Origin: Balanoglossus misakiensis
Lineage: Eukaryota; Animalia; Hemichordata
DNA length: 64,000 nucleotides
Assembly (NCBI GenBank): GCA_040954595.2
Contig: CM082595.2
Span: 7,546,317-7,610,316, forward strand
Direction of reading: 5' to 3'
The notes under the pieces were generated by a model. It had not been told where the DNA came from. It did not search any database and saw only the letters and a list, made by a program, of their open reading frames with translations. The position numbers and the translations under genes are program-made. Positions 56,307 through 64,000 of this stretch are shown here, piece after piece (the first letter of the stretch is position 1; each line of letters begins with the position of its first letter).

Positions 56307-56562
56307 TAGCTCGTCTCACACGCATGTTCCAGCTGTAGCCGCTGGTTACAGACGTTTAGTGAACAGTCAATCCCATAAGGCAGTGGTCACACAAGATGGC
56401 AGCGACCATAGTCTGTGTCAGAGATCGGAAAACAACATCAAATTGGTTGAAAAGAATGGGCAAAACTAAAGTCTACTTATACGGTACACATGATATATGG
56501 AAGTAATCAAAGGCAGTCCACTATTTGAATGGAAGTTACGCGCATGCGTGTGAGACGATCTA
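56307..56562. mobile_element. Short TIR element whose interior is shared with 10860-11075, 14085-14300 and (inverted) 61245-61346
   Basis: TAGCTCGTCTCACACGCATG...CATGCGTGTGAGACGATCTA; shared caagatggc.g.gaccatagtctgtgtc.gagatc.ggaaaa and caaaactaaagtctacttata; no TSD seen. Confidence 0.6.
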
Positions 56563-59500
56563 TTGCCTTTAATCAAAAGACATTCATGTGTCACTGGTTT
56601 TTAATTTAGCTTTATTGGTGATTGTTAAAATCTGCTAAAACAATCCCAGTGAAAGTGTAAAATTACTATACAACTCATTTTTTTTGGAAACTAATCCGGG
56701 GATTAAATTAAAAAAAACTAGTAAATGTACTACAAATTTTGAAACAGTGAAATTAAATTCCAGTGAAAATGAATGCTTTTGAGCAGTCTGGTTGCATCCA
56801 ATTCCTGTGCTGTGCAGTAGCCAATAAGATTTTATTTCACATATGGGCTGCGGAGGGAAATGAATGATACCAAACAATAAGATTTGTGTGCAGCATTTGG
56901 TGAGCATATTTGACCAGGCAATAAAAATTTGCATTCAAATTGACAAAAATAGTTTCCTTATAGCATATATTCATGAAGTGTTTCATGGCCAACCTCTGAA
57001 AAATCATTGTGTCAGTATTCTATGCAAATTACTGTCTAAATTTGAATTTATCATTATTGTCCCTTAAAACATGATATGTGATTGGTCAGCCAACCGAATT
57101 TATCCTTACTGTTTCTTAAAAGAGGATAGGTGATTGGTCAAACATCCTGACTGAAGGGTGAGATGTGAAAGCAGTCGTCTGCAGATAGATGTAGCATCAG
57201 AATGAGAACAGTTTACATACTTTATTTTACAGTTGATTGATTGTTAGTCAAAATATATTCACAATAACAACAGACCCAATTCTCACTACGTTAAATATTT
57301 TTTCTTTGTGATATGGGGTCGAAAAACATTACAAAATGCCTGTACTAAGTAGCAGAAACATTTAAGACAGTACAAATTAGTCTGACTATTAAGTCATGTC
57401 AGATAGTATTCCAAGCCTAGGTCTTCTTCACTCAATATTATTACAGTACTGTTTATGCAATTTAAAAGAGGACAACTCCATTGTTCATATATTATAGAAA
57501 TTAAACAGTTACTGTAGTTATTCCATAACATGAAATGTGGCATTTAATATTATGTAGATAGTCATTGTTAAATACAGTCTTCATCAAATTTTTTAACTTT
57601 CAGTAATGAATTATGCAAATCTATGAATTTATCAGAATTTGTGTGCCTTGAAAATATTTCTCATTTTTATGATCAATGATGCCCTCCATCATTTTATACT
57701 TTTAAAAAAAATTGTTGATTATATACTTGGAGCAGTCTCAACTCTGTTAAGATATGTGACAGATGTACTGTATCATGGACTAGTTGTAGTAATTTCATGT
57801 GTTAGCGTTTGAATTTAGGCAAAACGTCAGTGTTTGGAATTGTAGGGGAGCTGTCATGCAAAGGAAATGATTATTCACTTAATGTGAAAGTGAAGGGGTC
57901 GTCGCGCCGCGTTTGTTTGTTTATAAACATTATAATTCATCAACAAATCCCTCAAATAAGATCATTCTTAGAATGAACAAAGCAGTCAACCGTAGCGTAG
58001 ACTGGGCATGACAGCAACTGAAGATCCTAGTAGGTCGTGGCGACTGCAGTGGGGTTTGTGCTGATATGGGAGGGCATATTCTCATCAAGGGGGACACCCA
58101 CACGACGCAACGACCCATTCCCTTGAAGCATGGCCATAAACATTACAATAAGACAAGAAGGTCCCATCTGAAACAGAACGAATAGTATAGAAATCCACAT
58201 CTTTGTCTTCTACAGGTATAATTTACTTTATGGCCAAAATGTATGTATATATTAGACATTTTATCATATACCTTATTGAATTGTACAGCATGATTTAAAA
58301 TATATTTTGTGAAGTTTTGGACATGAAAACAGAGTATAGTATCAGATTTTTTTTCCTTTATTGATTTGATTATTCAGAAAAGAGAACAGCCAGATTCCAT
58401 TATCAATTGTCATCCATTGTGAAGTCAATCTGATTCAAATCAGATGTAGAGTTATAGGGGCCGCTGTTGCCTTTACCGATTCTTGAATGTTCTGTTCGGA
58501 AGGGGGATCACACTCAAGAACAGCCAAGACAGAGAACAGAACAGCCAAAACGATCACCAAAGCTAAAACAGCGCCATCGGATTTTAATCAGATTGCTGTG
58601 AACTGTATTGTTATTTGTTCTGTGGAAGTATCATTGCTGTTGCTCTGATGACTTGATTGAAAATTCATTTTTTTTCAACTAAGTCGTCGGTCTCCTTGTC
58701 TAAATCACCCTTGAATAAAAAAGATTCAACTTGCATCAGCTTTTCATGTAGCTGAAATCAACACACTGGGAGACATTGGCACCATGCAAATTTGACAGCA
58801 ACAGTAGCAAGGAAAGCCAAACACAGAACATGATGTTTCATTTCCTCATAGAGTTACACAAGCATGTAAATTCTGGCTGCCTTGAAAAGGTTTTCACTTT
58901 GTGCTAGGGGGTCAAATCCCATTGCATTCTGGTCGAAAAGTCGACAACCCACTGTAGTAAGAGATAGAAGAAATGATATGTTTACTGTATTTCATGACTT
59001 CCTTTGGTCAAACATGTCTGTCTTTGTAGTTAGTAAGCATATTAAACTCATTCAACTTTTTTCACATTTTGTTATTTTTCCTGTTAAAAAGTTTCAGAAT
59101 GACCCATCATCACTTTAGCTTATGAACTTCCATTTCTGAAACGTGGCAAAAATCGGCCATCTTGAAATTGTGTTGACCATATGAGATTTTCATCACTCAC
59201 TTAGGTAGCTTAAAAATCTATTTAAGGTAGGGAGAATTGGTGTAAATGATCATTAAATGGAATCAAATATACTCTATAATAGCTCCAAGCAATGTGGCTA
59301 TTGCCTGATTTGGTATGTCTATTTTTTTTGCTGTGTAGTTCACTTACATGTTTCTTGATGTACGATATGTTTCCATACATGTTAGTCTGCGTCAAGTACA
59401 ATAAAGAGTGAATTGAATTGAATTAATTTGTATGTGTAATTATTAACTTTGATTTGAGTCTCTTGATATGTACTAAAAAAATGTTGAAGACATCACAAAA

Positions 59501-60322
59501 TCACATATTATCATCACTTTTATTATTATGATCATTTTTTGTTTGGTTCATACATAGTCCCTCCCTGTGTGAAGGGACCGAGTGGTTCATTACAACAGTC
59601 AATACGAATTAAAGTGAAGAATTATTTGCATTGTATACAGAGGTACTTGTCCTTACCGGCACAAATCAAGAAAGACTTGTATAATAAGTGTTATAAGTAT
59701 ATTAGATAACTTGCTTTTCCATGCTATCCACACTTTCTGTTTGAGGTCAAGTTTGATCTGAGTTATATGTGCTATGAAATAGATTAAAATTTAATGTTTA
59801 GGTTAAAAATATCAGTTTAATCATAAATTTTCTTTTAGAAATGACTTCTTTCGCGAATGTGAAATGTACAAGCAGAAAGGAAACAGAAAATACACAAAAA
59901 TTCTTGAATATAATGTGACCAGCAATAAAATAAAATAAACATGGTCTCTTAATAACAACTCTACTTCAGTGATTTATAAATCAAAACTTCATAAAAGTAG
60001 TATTTGTTGTATTAGTACCTGTGTTTTTGTGTATCATACGTGCATGTTCGTGCAAAGAAAGACATGGACTACGCGAATATCAATACTTATGAATATTAAC
60101 TATTGACAACCTCTTCATGACTGGTGAATATCATCATTTAATGAAACTGACCCTAATATAAGCCTTTTAGTTATGCCACTGGCTTAAATTTGTTATTGGT
60201 AATTTTCTCTCAGCATGCTTACACATTTATTTATCGACCTGTCATATGAAGTTCAGTTGACGAACATATTCGATATTTGTGAACTCCTCTGTCTAGATGA
60301 AACACTGTTACCGTAATGACTG

Positions 60323-63300
60323 TTATTTCGGCGTTGGCTTCTGCTGTTCGGTGGTGTAAACGACGTACAGATTGTCTGTCCTTGTGTCACTGAAGGCTTC
60401 CGTTCTCCCGAGTCCCACGTATAAATCACCAGTGTCAGTCTTCTCCAGGGTGGTGTACAGGTTTTCTTCGCCCATGCCACGAGTATCAGTTGTTACTGCC
60501 CCAACGTTACCTTGTGATGGTGATTTACCATGATGTTGGTGGGTTGGGTTATCATCAAGGCACATAGTCTCCAAGCGATGGGGCTCGTTCTCATATCCGT
60601 GATTATCAAGCGATTGATCTGTCATGAATATTTATTTATAATTTTGTTTATTTATTTTCGATTGAGAGTCAGGATGGGTCTGACAGGTGACAAGTATCTG
60701 TAAGGAGCGTCTCTCCTCAATACATAGAAAATAAATAGTTGCAGGAAAATAAGAGAATGACTGCTAAAATTCGGTGAACTTCAGTCCCCAACTAAGTGCA
60801 GGTGTTTTCAGGATAAATAATTATTAAATTAAAAGATCGCATTGAAAGTATGACGTAGAGAGTCATAAAAAGAAAGAAAAAAAAATAAGTTTCTTTTTTT
60901 CTTTTTTTCTGGGAGAATGGTTAAACGCAGAGCTTGTTATAAATGACGGTAGCCAACTGGCGGTGTTCCTTGTCTAATTTGACTCTGAAGAGTGAACACG
61001 CACGGACACACGCTCTCGAGAATGCATGATTTTCTGACTTTTTCGATCGCAAAATCCTCCATAATGCATACAAATTCCACCATTAATATGTATCCTATCG
61101 ATTTATGGCGCAATTTCCGAAGACAGATGCGATTTAATCGGAGGCGATTTTCAACATTTTGTTGGCGTCGACGGTGGAGAGTCTGGCCCACAAACGGCCG
61201 TTGAGAATTCAAAAACGTGTCGTCAATCAAACGCTTGTGTAAATCTTGTCTGTTGTTACGACAGAACACTGCCTTATAGTATTGACTGTATACAATTTTC
61301 GTAATCACAGTATCTGGTTTGACACATGCGCATAAGACGATCGTCACCCTTTAAAGGGACAAAGTCTCTCTCTCGCTGCCCCTTTTCCATTGATTATGTT
61401 TGATACAAGACACTGTATATCTTAGTGAATCCACGTTCGACCACACAAAACTTCCATCCCACTTGTATGATATGAGAGTAAAAATCTCGCCAAAATCAAT
61501 AAACGATAAACACTGATTATTCATTTAGGCGAGATTTTCACTCTTGTGTCTATAAGCGGGATGGAAGGTGTGTGTGGTTGAACGTTAATTCACTATATAT
61601 CCACATGTAGAATAACATAAACAGTGTCTTGTATAAAACATAATTAATGGAGAAAGAGTAGTGAGAGAGAGACTTTGTCCATTTAAAATGACATACGTAC
61701 CATGTGATTCGTCAGTTCCACCGACCACACTATCGTCACCAGCCATTTTCTTCCTATGAGAGAACAGAAATTTCTTCAACAAATCCATGCACAAGGGACC
61801 GTTCAGTTTTTACGGCCGGGGGGGGGGGGGGGGCAGCAAGTTTGTGTCATCGGTTTTCAAAATCAGGCCGACCCCCCCCCCCCTTCACCGGGCCCAGGAC
61901 CAAAAAATGATGATCCCCCACTTTGACAGACCCAAACATATGATGACCCCCCCCCCCCCCCCATGCCGAAAACATTCGCCGTCCTGATCCTATGTACACT
62001 GTATGCAATAAAGGGAATGAGGCTCAATTATAAATTTCTTAAAGTAATTGAAGTATTTAATAGTATATCGTTGCAATAAAGAAATCTATGAACAAAATAA
62101 AATGACAAGTCAATACAATAGTTGCTAGAATTGGTAAAACAAGAAAAGTGGCGGGGGTGGGTGGGGGAGGAAGTGTCCCCCTCCCACATAAGAAAATTTG
62201 TAAAATACGGTGCTCAAAGTTACATTTTAATGAACTCAATTAACTCAATTTTAGGGAGGAGAAATGTTAATTTTGCCACTCCACTCAAAGTTAGAAAATT
62301 TGGGGTCATCTTCGTCATGACGTCATTTATGAAACTTCTAGTATAGAAGATGCAGCGCGAAACTATCAGTTATGCGAAATGGTTTAAACGATTATTCTCC
62401 TTTATGTATTTACTTTGTTAAATATTACATCAGTGGGGTTGGGGTGGCAAGCACTCTGCCCTGGTACACTAGACAAGCCAGCAAAAAATAAAATGTGGCG
62501 GAGAATGAAGGGGGTAGGTGTGGAAGGGGGTGTCCCCCTCCCACATTAGAAAATTTTGTAAAATAAAGGGGCGCGAAACTGCAATTTTGTGGACTCAAAA
62601 GCAAACGTTCGGTGGCAAAAGTATGTGACCCCCACTAAATGTTTAAGAAAAACAGATGACCCCCTTTTGGACTTCAAAATTTAAGTGACCCCCCCCCCTG
62701 GATTTTGCCCCCCCCCCCCGGCCGTAAAAACTGAACGGAAACTAAGAAGTGCAAATGATATCATGACGTCAATCATGCTTTTCACAGATGTCCCCTTTAT
62801 TGAAGTTTGCTGGAATTCAGTGTTTCTGTAAGTTTAATTTAACCCACAATGAATCGAATTTCGACTCACGGTTTCCGACGTCGACGGGTTATTACCAGTA
62901 TTATCACTATGCAGATTCCAATGATCACAAGTACAGCAATAAGGAATCTGACGATCACACAAATTTTGGTGACGTCATCATCTGCAGTTGGAGTTTCATC
63001 GCCTGTAGTTTTTTTAAAAGATGATAAATTCGACCGAGTTAAAATATTGGCGTAGATGTCTGAAAGGTACGGAAATGTGGCATCATTGTGGTCTGTACAT
63101 CTTGGTAAATGTTTGGGTCCGTCGACAAAGCAGTTGTTGAACTCTCAAACAATTTTTTTTCTTCATTTGGGAGATGATACCCTCAGCGCTGTGGTCACAG
63201 GTTCTGCCATGTTAAACGAATGGAAATGAATATGCTTCGTAGGACACTCTGCAAATGTAAACAATATCCTAGCAACTTTTGCAGAAAAAAATCTAATACT

Positions 63301-63606
63301 TTCTGAAAGGACAGAACATTAAGCCACTAAAATGATCAATGAATACATTAAACACGTCAACTCTACATAAGGGAATGATTTTGCTACTATTGTACAAATA
63401 TCAACGTACATCTATATATAAGTTTTTGTCAATTTGTTAATTTGGCCCAATTGACTTACAATCAGTAGGGACATCACAGTCTTTCCCCGCCCAACCGTCT
63501 TCGCAGTAACATGTACCGTTAGATGGGTCACAGTGTGTCGTTGTATTAATCATACACGTACAAGCATCCTCACACTTATCACCGTACCTTCCAACAGGAC
63601 AGACCT
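60323..63606 (-). CDS. 3' part of an EGF-module type I membrane receptor with ITAM (MEGF10/Draper/SREC-like architecture); 5' end outside the window
   Basis: Exons 63606-63460 (CPVGRYGDKCEDACTC..CDPSNGTCYCEDGWAGKDC, phase 1-1), 63002-62870 (TM FLIAVLVIIGICIVIILVIT then RRRRK), 61753-61701, 60618-60323 (Tyr-motif tail, TAA). Phases consistent; the acceptor of the TM exon is uncertain. Confidence 0.7.
61351..61686. mobile_element. MITE family K copy
   Basis: TTAAAGGGACAAAGTC...GACTTTGTCCATTTAA. Confidence 0.85.
61794..62745. mobile_element. ~950-bp TIR element with G/C runs, possibly Harbinger type
   Basis: CCGTTCAGTTTTTACGGCC(G)n...(C)nGGCCGTAAAAACTGAACGG; internal direct repeat ~62150-62220 / ~62510-62580. 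Confidence 0.7.
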
Positions 63607-63633
63607 CTGTCAAGACAAAACGCGGTTCTATTC

Positions 63634-63997
63634 TTGAAGGGGCAAAGTCTCTCTCTCGCTGCCCTTTTTCCATTAATTACGTTTGCCACAAGACACCGTT
63701 TATGTTATTCTACATGTGGATATATAGTGAATCAACGTTCGACAACACAACTGCCATCCCATTTGTAGACACGTCAGAGTGAAAAACTCGCCAAATGGAT
63801 TATCGGTCTTTACCATTTATTCATTTTGGTGAGATTTTTACTCTCACTGTATCCTACAAACGGGATGGAAGTTGTGTGTGGTCGAACGTTGATTTCAGTA
63901 TACAGTGTACATCCACATGTAGAATAATATAAACCGTGTATTGTATCAAACATAATTAATAGAAAAGGGGGAAGAAGAGAGAGACTTTATCCTTTAA
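63634..63997. mobile_element. MITE family K copy
   Basis: Diverged termini, family interior. Confidence 0.8.
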
Positions 63998-64000
63998 TAT

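Noticed and set aside
60937-61347. 136-aa ORF in a receptor intron
   Set aside because: Begins in an interspersed repeat and has no recognisable domain or supporting splice sites.

Overview
AT-rich, intron-containing animal DNA; gene and repeat content suggests a marine invertebrate, possibly a deuterostome (inference). Four genes were reconstructed by hand from GT-AG junctions and intron-phase checks. (1) A secreted EPN-type C-type lectin (+, 17996-21403) with a 19-nt micro-exon. (2) Cytosolic NAD kinase NADK (-, 26142-41458) with ten shared exons and three candidate alternative first coding exons. (3) An espin-like gene (+, 42008-56256; ankyrin repeats, Pro-rich region, WH2, actin-bundling tail) head-to-head with NADK. 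(4) The 3' part of an EGF-module type I receptor with a canonical ITAM (-, 60323-63606). The first ~17 kb has no convincing gene and consists of microsatellites, satellite-like arrays and nested tandem duplications. Non-autonomous DNA transposons with TTAA, TA, 7-bp, 8-bp and 9-bp target-site duplications are abundant. No transposase, RNA gene or CRISPR array was recognised. All coordinates were counted by eye.
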